Shown here: piece after piece, positions 14,252 through 26,913 of the stretch
Numbering within the stretch: the stretch's first letter is position 1
How the letters are laid out: each line of letters begins with the position of its first letter
Assembly: GCF_006345805.1 (NCBI RefSeq)
Contig: NC_042997.1
Span: 159,216,001-159,280,000, forward strand
Reading direction: 5' to 3'
Source of the DNA: Octopus sinensis
Taxonomy: Eukaryota
DNA length: 64,000 bases
Translations under genes and position numbers: made by a program
Notes under the pieces: model-generated
Told to the model about the DNA's origin: nothing
What the model saw: the letters and a program-made list of their open reading frames with translations, nothing else
Database searches by the model: none

Positions 14252-17200
14252 CTGTAGAAAAAAAAGTTCCTGAGATGAGAAACCTATTTTTTTTTTCTTT
14301 TTTATTATGGTTGAGAAAGGCATGGATGCTACAACATTCTATGAATCTTCCCCTAAAAATGTAAGGTGATGTCACTAATCAGAAAAGAAATATATATTTC
14401 CAGAGGAAACAGAGGGATTATTGTGTAGATGATGAATAGATGAGTAGATAGATAATTAGATAGAAAGATATTTTAAATATACAGATAATATCAGCAAATA
14501 TTACTGCAAAAAGGAAATTTGAGATTAAGAAAGGCTCTATTCATAACATTTTTAATATAGAATTTTAAAGATTAAAGCATGGGTAAACATTCTGGCCACT
14601 CCTTTTTGAAGAAATATAGATATAAATGTTTCTATTACCATTAATGCTAACGTATACTTTTTCGAATTTTATTGCTTTATTCTTTTTTTCATACAGCATA
14701 TACAATATTTATAAATATTTTGATTTCTTAAGAGTTTTTCCTAATGCCAACAACAAGCCTATGGATTAAAATATTTCATATTTTCTTTCAGACTGATTGA
14801 CTGCAATACATAAAAACTACATTTCCACCAAAATCATTTTATAAAATATAATCAAACTTTTCTGACTCTTGCCATTAAGCATGTCTTTATGTGCAGTATT
14901 TGTCCATTTTTGACTGTAAATATTGCTCTTAGTCATTTTTAAGTTATCCTTGATTGGAGAATAGAGATAACTGTATATGGAAGCAGTCCACATTTATTTT
15001 GAGCAAATTCTGATCTGTAGCAGGAGGAAAATATAAGCAGCTGGGAAATTATAAAAATATGTTATTTTATTTTAACTTTTCTCATCAATTTTATATAGCA
15101 ATTTGTGAAAAAATTGCAATTGGTTATGTTTCCATCATGTCAATTACTAATTCACTGCATTTCTAAGAGTGAAAGTAACAATAGTGCCATTAACTCACTA
15201 CAGAACAAATATTGCAAAGGATTTCATTTGAAAAGCATTGGTTGTCATATGGCAATTTATATCTTCATTAAGATGTTCACTTAAGCCTGTTCTAGGTATA
15301 GTTTTAGAGAGGGAGACCCACATATAATTCTCAATTAATTGTTTTATATAAAATTTAGTTATGGTTTTAGACATTGTTGAAACATCTTGTTCATAATAAG
15401 TGGATCAGAACAGAGAAAAGCCCCACCCCACTCATTTTCTAGACACACGAGTTGCATTTAGTTTGTTGCAGTTACTTCAAAATTACAGCTTTTATAAAAT
15501 TCATGTACCACCACAATTTCTTTTGCATATCTCTAAAGGTATGCAAAGCCTACTTTGAGAATCCCTGAGCTAGTCAATACCAGCAAAATATAAAGGTCTT
15601 GTTGCAAACTTAAGAGTCTGGCATTCAGTTTCAATGAATAAATCATTATCTTTTATTTACCATAATTACGTCATTTTTATCCAAATATTAGTTCTAATTT
15701 CTTACTAATATACAAAAGTAAATTCTCATCAAGCCGTAGCACTACAAACATCAGTAATAACAAAATTGTTGGCAAATAATAGCTAATGCTATAACAGCCT
15801 TTGTTCTCTATGTAAATAAACATGTTTTACTAATATAAGATTGTATAGATTTTTGCAGCTGTTTTAATGAACAAAAGACTAAGGATTTTATATTATTTCA
15901 AATTCTATTTATATAAAATTTTAGAGAAACTCATTAAAATTCTCAATAGTCTTCAAATGAATATAAAATTCAATAATGTCCATGTCAAGATATAATTTCA
16001 CAACTGTTTGTTTTAATATTAAAAATCAGTAGAGGATTATTGTTTACTCTCTTCTTCAACCCAAACATAATACCGTCTCTTAGAAGATGGACAGCCAGTA
16101 CTGATTTAATATAAATTAATTAAATAATGGACTTTCAAGCTATAAAATAACAGCCAAATTTCCTTCAAACTATACTCTGTTATCTTAACAATGGATACAT
16201 TAGGTAAATGTAGTCAAGGGCACACTATGCCTGTAGGAATAAAAAAAAAATGGGACAATCATAGTTGGAATAGTTTGAATACTTGCTTGATCAGGTCAAC
16301 TTTCAGGATAAGCCAGAGTAACAAAGAATAAACATAGGAAATTGCAGCTCCATTTTAACATGTTAATTATCAAATAAGAAGAGGTGAAAATTGAACTCAA
16401 AAGAATTAAACCAATTTACTCTGCTTCAGTCTTCTACATCACCTGAATAATATAAATTCATTTACACTCCTAACCTAAGAACATTTTATATCAGGAATCT
16501 CTCCACATCCGCAATTATGTGATATTTTCATTAATGCTGACCCTTTCAGTGTTAGTAATGTTGAATGTGTACAAATGATCACATAGTTAAAAAATAATTA
16601 ATTAACAAAATGAATTATCTATCCACAGAAATATGAAAATATGAAATATGGAAAATGTTTTAAGAATTCAAGTATCAAACATTGTATTCATACATTTAAA
16701 GGGTGAAAAATAAATGTGAGGAAGAAAACTGTTGGCTGAAACCATTTTTGTTGATAAAAGTTGAAAAATATTATCATTCTTGATAATCCACAATGTATGT
16801 TCACAAATAAGGAATATTCCCCCAAAATAGAAATAAAATATGATTAGAAGTGTTTAATTATTTACAGCATAATCCAAGATTGAGCTAAATAAATATGTTA
16901 AATTATAAAGAATATGAGGAGAAATGAAGCAAAATAGCTGTAGTATTCAAAAACCATGAAATAATAATTAGCAGATTGACATTGCACATAGTTGAACAAG
17001 AAAATGGGTTATTTTGGCCAGTATAGATGCTACTAGGTTAGAGAAACACAGATAGATAGATTATCAAAAAGACTGCTTTACTCAAGACCAAAGCAAACTT
17101 CTGAAGTGCATGAGAACTGAACAAAGTTTTAAAAAATGAAAATGAAATAAACTAAAGCAATAAAATCTCTAAAACAAGGATGATGCAAAATAAGAGACAA

Positions 17201-17721
17201 CTTAAAAGGAGATTCTGGGAGGAAGCAGTGTGCTTAGTGATTTAAAAACAGATCTACATAATGCAAACATTTAAGGAGAAATACAAGCACAAGTAAAATG
17301 ACGTCTACTAAAGGATAACATATCACATGCATAAGGCATGCCCCCATCTCGAAGAAGTATCAGTTATGATATGATCTTGCATAGTCAGATATGATTTTGG
17401 GACTGATACAGAAGATAAAATATAATAGTAATACAGCAACGATGTGCTTTACTCTCTACTTTGGATCAGCTTTCAGATAAATCGTACTTTTTTAAGGGAA
17501 TTTCTTTTTTTCAAAATTACACCCTTTTTTTCTTCTCTTATCTCAATTACTTTATTGTTAAGAGTTTTGGTTTTATCACAGAATATTGTTAAAATAAGAT
17601 TATTAGTATTAAGATTATGCATGTGCATGTATGTTTGGATATATATATATATATATACACAAAAGTATTTGTGTGTGTGTGTGTGTCTCTCTCTCTATCT
17701 CTCTCTCTCCATGTAGTTATA

Positions 17722-18070
17722 TATCATCTTCATCATTTTACATCCTTTTCCCATGCTAGCATAGGTTAAATAGGTCTGCCAGAGTCAAATGTAGTATGAC
17801 CGATCAAGCCATTCATGAGGTTCAAACGTTTGAGATCAGACTACACAGACACTATCTACACTTTTTCATCCAACCAGTGCAGTCATCTCCCTTACACACT
17901 ATGGCAGATCCAATTCCATCTAATTCCTTCTCTTTTTTTCTCTTGGGTCTTATGTGCTGCACTGTTTATGCATGCATGCAGACATTATACAACTAAATGC
18001 AGTATGGGATTAGCGCATTTCTTTCTATCCTTCGCACATCCACTGCATTCAGTGCCTATGATATGCTACA
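17722..18070 (-). mobile_element. RTE-clade LINE 3' remnant
   Basis: Degenerate ALNAVDVRRIERN... peptide, followed by the tail ...atgctagcatggga...gatgaagatg. Confidence 0.6.
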
Positions 18071-19819
18071 ATGTGCTATAATGTAATATTACACTCTACA
18101 AACATCTGTCATAAAATCTGCCCTTCATTTAGAGAGAGAAGTCTTCTGTTACCAACTGAATTAATAGTCACTTTTTCCACTCCATCCTAACTCTGGACAA
18201 TATACTTTCACAACACCCTCTTTCTCTGCTGATTAGGTGACCTATGTAAGATAACTATTACCAGTGAACCCTCTAGGCTGTTGAAAAATTGCAGTACATA
18301 AGAGAGTTTAGCTAAATTCTAATTTGGTTTTATATTTTTATTTTATTTTGCTTTAACATTCAATGTCATAAATTCTACGATACTGTTTTACAAATATTTT
18401 TGTTTCTTACAGGAGTGATACAATAATTTATTGTTTATACGAGAGAAAATTCTTGAAGAATGAGTAAAACTATATTGTTCACAATCTGTGCCAAAAAATG
18501 GTTTGAACTTCTTATTGAACTTTCTTATTGTTACTTTAGTATTAGTGGTGTGGTTTGTTATATAAAACAATTTGGTTAGAGAATTAGAGGCAGAAAATTA
18601 AGTTAGTAGGAATATAGTGTTTAATATTAATGAGTAGTGAAATATTTATTAATCCTATATGTCAGGATGATCCAACATAGGTAAAAGTGACTGGTCAATT
18701 TGAGTTTCAAACAACAGAGAAGTTAATCAGTAAATAGAGAATAAAATCACTTTTGGTGAATAACTAAACAAATGAAATGCATAATCAGAATTCTTATCAG
18801 ATATAATGAAAGACTACACAAATTTTTGATTGGCTAAAAAAACACAATCAAAAATGTTTTGATGGGATACACTGGAGAACTATGTTGAGGTTAGAAAATT
18901 TGCTCAATAAATGTTTTGGTTGATTAGAATAAATTATCATAGTAGTGTTTCCTCTCGTCAGAGATGTATAACCAAAGCTCTGATTTAATAATTAGAAGGG
19001 ATAACCAGGGTGGTTTTAATTACATAGAAAGAAAAGTTCAAAGTGCTTTGACTGGTCAAAGAGAATGCTGCAAAAGCTGTCCATTTAACAACAGTGAACA
19101 GCAGGAACAGTTTTTGATAAATTCGATGAATATCTTGAGAAGTATTTTGACTGATTATTGTGAAAAATTAAAGCAGTGCTCATATATATATGCTACAAGA
19201 AATAACTAGCACAGTGTTTTGCAGTGAATAGCATAAATACTTGAAGCTGTATTTGATTAGTTGATTGGTTTAAGTGAACAACAGAATCAACACTGATTGG
19301 TTACAATATACAACAGTAGTAATAACATTATCTAGTCATAGTTAACCAAAGCAAAAGTATGTGTTGGTTATGAGGAACTAAAATAGCTATATTAGTAGTA
19401 GTAGACTATCTTAATATTGATTATTTACAATCAACAACATATACAATGTTGATTGGATATATGTGAATTACAAAAGCAATATTCTTTGGTTTTAGTGAAA
19501 AGGCTAGATTGGTTACAGAGTGAACTACTTCTAACACAACACAGCAATAGCGGTGAGATAAAAAGACAAAAATAAAAAGAACACATGTAAATTTTATTTT
19601 AACTATCGTTAAAATTTTCATGATAAAATTATATCAAAGTACAACTTAAAGATATTAATAAAAAATGTTTAATATGTAGTAAACACAACTTATTACATAT
19701 TTCTGTCAAAAGCTTAACTTATATAGTAAACCTAATAATGAATTACAGTTAAGTAGATAATTCTAAAATCAAAACATTATTCAAATTTTTATACACCCAT
19801 TCTAAATGTCTTTAAGAAT

Positions 19820-19820
<1 letters not shown>

Positions 19821-19897
<77 letters not shown>
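19821..19897. repeat. (GT)n microsatellite
   Basis: Uninterrupted tg run. Confidence 0.98.
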
Positions 19898-19901
<4 letters not shown>

Positions 19902-20956
19902 AGAGAGAAGGGGTATTTCTATGAGATTTTAAGTGAAATGGCAATTAGACCCATTTACTATGCCTTTTCACATGGCTTAGCCAGAGAAGGCGTGGCAGGA
20001 TTCATGTTTTTTTTTACAAGGCTTCCCACTCAGGTGGAAGAAAGGGAGGAAGTTACTTTCAGACCAGAGACCTGGTCAGAAAGCTTTGTAGTACAGTGTA
20101 CTCCTCTAAAAGCACTGAACGTATACATGGTAGTTAAACCAGGTAACAGATAAGACTGCCATCCAAGAACAGGAATAGTCATAGGTATTAAAATATTCTT
20201 TATTAAGCTACGCATGCTTTATTCTTGGCTTACTGGGAATTTCAATCTGACACTTAGCGGAGTTCCTGATATAGCAGAAATTAGCAAATCCTATATTAAA
20301 ATCCAATCACACCAAAAACATCTGTCAATCCACATTTTACAAATGCCTGCTTGCAGATGGAGCTGTTTTGGGGTTTATTCTGAGTTTTTTTTTTGTCAAT
20401 CTTTCCACAATGAAGCTTACCACATCTGAACACTCCTGGAGATCAAAATGTGAAGGCACAAATTGTTTACAGCTGATGAGATACAATAAATTTTAGAAAA
20501 TTCTGATGTAGTCAACAGGAAGTTGATTGAAACATATCTAGAAAATGACTGGTCAGTTGAAGATAAAAGATTTCCAAGCTGTGATAATAATACACCTCCA
20601 ATAAGGGGACATGGTTCTCAAGCTAGAGTCATTTTAGCTAATGTAGTAATGAAACAAATCTCGAATTAAATTTTGAATTGGAAGCAGCTCCAATTATGTA
20701 TTACATGGTCGCACATACATAGAGTACATGTTTTGCTTATATGCCAATTTGAAGCAGGATAGTTTCTTGGGAAAGCTTGATCTTGGAGGGGGCTTCCCCA
20801 GGATACTATCCTGCAGCAAACTGATGCATAGACTAAACACATACACTATATATGTGTGACATAATTTTTGAAATATCTAATTAATTAATACTACTCATGT
20901 GGTGAGAAGTAAACATTTAACACAAATATTAATTTAATTTTCTCTTCGCAAATATG

Positions 20957-21186
20957 TATTTCTTTACTACCCACAAGGGGTTAAACATAGAGGGGACAAA
21001 CAAGGACAAAGGGATTAAGTTGATTACATCGACCCCAGTGCAAAACTGGTACTTTATTTATTGACCCCAAAAGGATGAAAGGCAAAGTCGACCTCGGCGG
21101 AATTTGAGCTCAGAACGTAGTGGCGGACAAAATACAGCTACGCATTTCGCCCGGCGTGCTAACGGTTCTGCCAGCTCGCCGCCTTA
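20957..21186 (-). mobile_element. SINE, 'family A' (ggcggcgagctggcagaa...gagttcaaattccgccgaggtcgac...aagaaata)
   Basis: Near-identical to the copies at 33584-33819, 39113-39340, 41045-41290 and 61528-61760. Confidence 0.9.
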
Positions 21187-21664
21187 TCTTAGCAAATATG
21201 GATGGCAACTATGGACATGTTTCAGTTTTATTGGACCTCCTCAACAAAACGTACCCTTCTCTGTAGTTCCTAGATTAATATTAAGAGAATCCCAATAATG
21301 TACACAAGTTGGTGTAAAACATTATCATAATGACTGAGGGAAATTACCTGGGGAAGCCTATAGAATGTCATGTAACAATCAAGTTAAGATTATCATACTT
21401 ATTGTGGGAAGAAAGCAGCATCTGGAACAGATAAACTATGAATCACTTAATAAAATAAGAAACTCACAACTTAGCCACAATGGAAAAGAGAAAATAATAA
21501 AGTCAGAACTAACTTATTTTATCTTTTGAGCTAAATGGACAGCAATACATACAGACATGAACGGTATTTTATGTATGTATCTGTATGTGGGTATATGTGT
21601 GTATATATACATATATATATATGTATATCACCGTGATCACCATGACTGACCAAGCTATCAGATG

Positions 21665-21940
21665 TTGCTATACATCGCTGGTCACAATGCGCTTCACATT
21701 GTTTTAGCCTTCAAATGACACCACCCCGCTGGCTAAGCGAGCAGGCCAACAGAAGAAAGAGTGGGAGAAAGTTGTGGCAAAAGAGTACAACAGGGATCCC
21801 CACCACCCCCTGCTGGAGGCTCGTAGAGCTTTTAGGTGTTTTCGCTCAATAAACACTCACAACGCCAGGTCTGGGAATCGAAACCGTGATCCTACGACCA
21901 CGAGTCCGATGCCCTAACCAGTGAGCCATTGCGCCTCCAC
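21665..21940 (-). mobile_element. tRNA-derived SINE, 'family D'
   Basis: A and B boxes are present. The body (gttgtgagtgtttattgagcgaaaacacctaaa) is shared with 5575-5725 and 58065-58400. Confidence 0.85.
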
Positions 21941-22264
21941 ATATATGTATATATATACACATATATATGTGTGTGTGCATGTACGTATGTGTGCGTGCAT
22001 ATACATATATACAAATATATTTGAATAAGTGTGTATATATGTATACGTAAGTAACTGTATGAGTGCATGCATGTGACTGTAAATGCATGTGCACCGGCAC
22101 TCATGTATGTGCATGTATATATACATGTATGCACACGCATATCCGTGTATGGATACATTTACGAATGCTCGTAAGCATGCTTGTGTATATATGCATGAGT
22201 ATGTATAGGTGTATGTATATGTATGTATACATACTCATACATATATATGTGAGTGCATGCGTAT

Positions 22265-23076
22265 GTCATTATACTTTCTTTCCTTTTCTCTGATTCCTAC
22301 CTATCACTAACCTTTCACATATGTCTATACATAGTAATTTGACATCCTTGTATTCTTCCCTCCACTTCAAATTTTCCAACCAAAACTACTACTCAATTCT
22401 GTATCACCCCACCCATACCTTTTTTCTTTGTTTTCTCCACCCATCCCTTAATGCAACTCTGTCATATCACCCTGCTCACATATCTCACATTCTTTTACTC
22501 CTTACCTTCTCATCTCTTCCTATCCTTCCCCCACACCTCTCCCATCCTACTATCATATTATCTTGACCACCAACTAGCACTTCTTTCCTCACTTATTTCA
22601 CCTCCTTCACATCTTTTTTCACTCTTTTCACCTTTTTGCATTTTTCTCTCTTTCTGTTTCCTTTTTCTCTCTTTTTGCCTTTCATTTTCTCTTCCTGTTT
22701 TAAATTTGACCTATCTCTTCTTTCTCATCATACACATCTCTCCTCCCCACATATATCCACAAATACTACCAATACATTCTCAAATTTTCATTCACATCAC
22801 AAAACCCTTTTGAACAAGCCATACTGACTCCACAGCTCTATACTTTGAAATGACTAAATGTGAACTGCTATTGGGACTTACTACAGGAAACATTTTTACT
22901 ACTTCTATACACCATTTCCTCGAATAATGGAACTGCAACTACAATATCTTTATATATCTTATTTCTACTTTCATTCTCTTATTTCCCTCTATATTCCCCA
23001 TTTCCTCCTTTTCTACCATAATTCGAACTCATATTTTCTCACACCGTTTCTAATGAAGGGATATCCATAATATCCC
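22265..23076 (+). mobile_element. Pyrimidine-rich Penelope-like remnant ending in a truncated hammerhead motif
   Basis: Strong pyrimidine skew. It ends in ctaatga-a-gggatat-ccata-atatccc, then a SINE interrupts it. The family assignment is inferred from the hammerhead-like end only. Confidence 0.45.
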
Positions 23077-23082
23077 ATTTGA

Positions 23083-23425
23083 ATGTGGCCATACTGGAGC
23101 ACCACCTTTAGTCGAGCAAATCGACCCCAGGACTTATTCTTTGTAAGCTTAGTACTTATTCTATCAGACTCTTTTACTGAACCGCTAAGTTACAGGGACA
23201 TAAACACACCAACATCGGTTGTCAAGTGATGTTGGGGGGACAAACAGATACACAAACATATATATATACAATGGGTTTCTTTCAGTTTCCATCTACCAAA
23301 TCCACTCACAAGGCTTTGGTCGGCCTGAGGCTATAGTAGAAGACACTTATCTATGGTGCCACACAGTGGGACTGAACCCTGAGCCATGTGGTTGGTAAGC
23401 AAGCTACTTACCACGCAGCCACTCC
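23083..23425 (-). mobile_element. tRNA-derived SINE, 'family B'
   Basis: Homologous to 25155-25560 (+), 58795-59160 (-) and 59725-60112 (-), with an internal (TA)n tract. Confidence 0.9.
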
Positions 23426-23463
<38 letters not shown>

Positions 23464-23489
23464 TGTGTGTATGAGTGTGTATATATATA

Positions 23490-24000
23490 TCATCATCATC
23501 ATCATTTAGCGTCCGTTTTCCATGCTAGCATGGGTTGGACGGTTCAACTGGGGTCTGTGAAGCCAGAAGGCTGCATCAGGCCCAGTCTGATCTGGCAGTG
23601 TTTCTACGGCTGGATGCCTTTCCTAACGCCAACCACTCTGCAAGTGTAGTGGGTGCTTTTTACGTGCCACCCGCACAGGAGCCAGACGGAGCTGGCAAAC
23701 GGCCAAGAACGGATGGTGCTTTTATGTGCCACCGGCACGGGGGCCAGGCTAGGCTGGCAACGGACACGAACGGATGGTGCTTTTACGTCCCACCGGCACG
23801 GAGGCCAGACGGGGCGGCGCTGGCAATGGCCACGAACGGATGGTGCTTTTTACGTGCACCGGCACAGGGGCCAGGCGAGGCTGGCAACGGCCATGAACGG
23901 ATGGTGCTTTTTACGTGTCACCGGCACGGAGGCCAGTCGGGGCGGCGCTGGCAACGGCCACGATCGGATGGTTCGCTTACTTGTCACCGGCACTGGTATC
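23490..24000 (-). mobile_element. SINE-like repeat, 'family C', with an internal ~61-67-nt minisatellite and a (GAT)n tail
   Basis: Homologous to 35615-36028 (+) and 44360-44960 (+); repeated cggatggtgcttttacgtgccaccggcac units. Confidence 0.85.
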
Positions 24001-25154
24001 ACAGCCGCAAGATATATATATGTAATAAATGTGTGCATATATATACATGTAGGTATGTGTATGTGTCTGCGAGTGTGTCATTACTAAATCTATTATATTG
24101 TTAAATTAAGGTACACATAACAGTGCCATAAAGTACAGAAAGTACAAAGCAATAGAGTATGTAATGTACAGCAGATTTCAATGTGATATCAATGCAGGAA
24201 ATCAGGTCAAATTAATTTGGGACATGATGAAATGCATCACAAATTAGTTTCTCATAACTACAACTTATTTTTAATTATATTTAGTAATTAAAATTTCACT
24301 TAACCATTACATTAGACTAATGGCAGGCAGATTCAGGGTATGATTTTCTTTTAAGAGACAAGATTAATAATTAGGCATGGATGGATGGTTAAGAAGTATG
24401 CTTCACAACCATGTAGTTTATAGTGCAGTCCCACTGTGTGGCAAGTTAGCAAGTGGCTTCTACTCTAGCCTTAGGCTGACTTGTGAGTGGACTTAGTAGA
24501 TGGAAACTAAAAGAAACCTGTAGTGTGTATGTGTAAGAGAATACATAAATGACAATGGAACAAGGAACTATGTATGCATGTTTTATTTTCTCCTTGCATT
24601 GACATTTTATGATAGCTGTAAACAAGTGTCACCAACATGCAAGCGGTGTTCTTTGCTTCCAATCTTCCATGAAAAGATACACTGCCGTAAGGAAATATTA
24701 CCCCACTTTTCAAAAGAGGTGAAGTTTGGCACCAGGATGGACAAGCAGCTAGAGAAAACACGTTTCAACAAATTTCATCAGACCCATGTAAGCATGGAAA
24801 ATCATCATCATCATCATCGTTTAATGTCCGCTTTCCATGCTAGCATGGGTTGAACGATTTTGACTGAGGGCTGGTGAACCAGATGGCTGCACCAGGCTCC
24901 AATCTTGATTTGGCAGAGCTTCTACAGCTGGATGCCCTTAATGTTAAAAAGATGATGCTGATAATGATGATATATACAGAAGTGTGTATATGTATAAAAT
25001 AAATAATTTTATTGTAGGTTGATAGCACCCCCACTAATTTTATCTGCAAGCCACCACTGGTACTGAGTCCAATTTCTTCCATTTATATAAACAAGACTAA
25101 ATAATATTAAATTCTAATAATAAGGAGATAAATAATAAACATAATCCTAATAAT

Positions 25155-25560
25155 AGGCATAGGAGTGGCTGTGTGGTAAGTAGCTTGCTTACAAGCCACA
25201 TGGTTCCGGGTTCAGTCCCACTGCGAGGCACTTTGGGCAAATGTCTTCTATTATAGTCTCGGGCCGACCAAAGCCTTGTGAGTGGATTTGGTAGACAGAA
25301 ACTGAAAGAAGCCCATCGTATATATGTATATACATGTATATATATGTATGTGTGTGTATATGTTTATGTGCTTGTCCCCCAAACATCGCTTGACAACCGA
25401 TGGTGGTGTGTTTACGTCCCCATAACTTAGCGGTTCGGCAAAAGAGACCAATAGAATAAGTACTAGGCTTACAAAGAATAAGTCTTGGGGTCGATTTGCT
25501 CGGCTAAAGGTGGTGCCCCAGCATGGCCGCAGTCAAATGACTGAAACAAGTAAACGAGTA
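25155..25560 (+). mobile_element. Full-length tRNA-derived SINE, 'family B'
   Basis: Head gtggctgtgtggtaag...ggttcagtccc, (TA)n middle, and tail ...gactgaaacaagtaaacgagt. Confidence 0.9.
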
Positions 25561-25734
25561 ATAAATAAATAAAATCTTCAGTGTTTACTTTTTTTTCTTT
25601 GTCCCTAGTTCAAATCCTGTCAAACTTATATTTAACATGAATTTCTTTTGACTCTTTAAACGCACCAACATTAACTGAAATGATTATATAGCTCCTTTCC
25701 ATAATTTCACTTGAGCTCAAGAAAAGAATTATTA

Positions 25735-26110
25735 TTATTATTATTTTAACTCAGGTTTTGTTGGAACTCATGGAATGTTGCCTGCATAGTGGACTTACTA
25801 CCTACAGTAGCATGCTAGCTGTTCTTTTCAGTTACCTAATACTTTCTTGATGATTATGGCTAAGCTAAGGAAACAAACCTTTTGTCCACAGCTCTACTGA
25901 GTACTGTGTTCCCATCACCTTTATATTCATCATGAATACCTTCTGATACCACCCCCAAGGACCCAAGAATAATTGGCACTATCTTCACCTTTTTCCTTTT
26001 CCACAGTCAAGCTATCTCGTACTTAAGGGGATTGTTTATGTCTCTTTTCTGCTTTCCTTCTTGGCTATTCATGGGTCAAAGGTGCACGCAACATCAATTA
26101 TAGAGAATAT
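25735..26110 (-). mobile_element. R4/Dong-like LINE 3' fragment (endonuclease C-terminus) with (AAT)n tail
   Basis: A frameshifted peptide IIDVACTFDP.IAKKE...K...PL.YEIA.LWKRKKVKIVPIILGSLGVVS...IIKKVL matches the restriction-like endonuclease region of R4/Dong. Confidence 0.75.
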
Positions 26111-26733
26111 GTCATTATTATTATCATTACTATGGCAGCAAGATGGAAGAATTGTTAGAATGTTGGGCAAAATTCTTGGCAGCATTTCACCCATCTTTAT
26201 GTTCTGAATTTAAATTCTGCCAAGGTTGACTTCGCCTTTCATCATTTACGATCAATGAAATAAGTATCAGTTAAGCACTGGGGTCAATGAAATTGACTCA
26301 CTGCCTCCCTCGAAACTGCTAGCCTAGCTCCAAAATCTGAACTCATCATTATCATTATAGATGTTGTTGTTGCTGCTGTTGTTGTTGTTGTTAATATAAG
26401 TCATACTGAGGATAAGTGAAAACTTGAATTTACTTTCATGACAATGTCTGAGAAAGGGTAGAGTGATCAACAAAATAGTTTAGTGTATTTATTTGTTGCT
26501 GTTGTTTAGACTTAAGTCAGCTCTTATTTAGCAGAACTATGATCAAAAGTGCTCAAACTGTGATATTCAGACCTTTTATTTATTTTTCATTTTGGGAAAA
26601 ACTTCTAAAGCGTTTTTGTTTTTTTAAGGCAGCAGGGTGTAATTTGATAGACATATATATGTATGTATATTATATATATGTATATATATTATATATATAC
26701 ATACATATATATACATATATACATATACATGCA

Positions 26734-26913
26734 TATATAAGAATTTTTTGCCTAATAAGATAAAAAAAACTAAGGCTGTATAGATATTAAACCAATTATA
26801 GATAGAAATATAGAAATGCTCTAATATCTATAAATGCTAAAAAATCTATAAATTCTCTAATATCTATACAACCTTGGTTTTTTTTATCTTATTACGCAAA
26901 AAATTCTTATATA
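26734..26913. mobile_element. MITE-like palindromic element with ~56-bp imperfect terminal inverted repeats
   Basis: 26734-26789 (tatataagaattttttgcctaataagataaaaaaaactaaggctgtatagatatta) is the near reverse complement of 26858-26913. Confidence 0.75.

Noticed and set aside
20440-20800. Possible piggyBac-like N-terminal remnant (TADEIQ.ILENSD...)
   Set aside because: Weak resemblance only; no TTAA-flanked TIRs or catalytic motifs were seen.
23535-24104. 189-aa and 144-aa ORFs, and a CRISPR-like repeat-spacer look
   Set aside because: This is a SINE-internal minisatellite. The 'spacers' are related to each other, the context is eukaryotic and there are no cas genes.
24750-24785. CTGATGA...GAAAC motif on the minus strand
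   Set aside because: Helix II is only 2 A-U pairs and helix I cannot form; it lies within a SINE tail.
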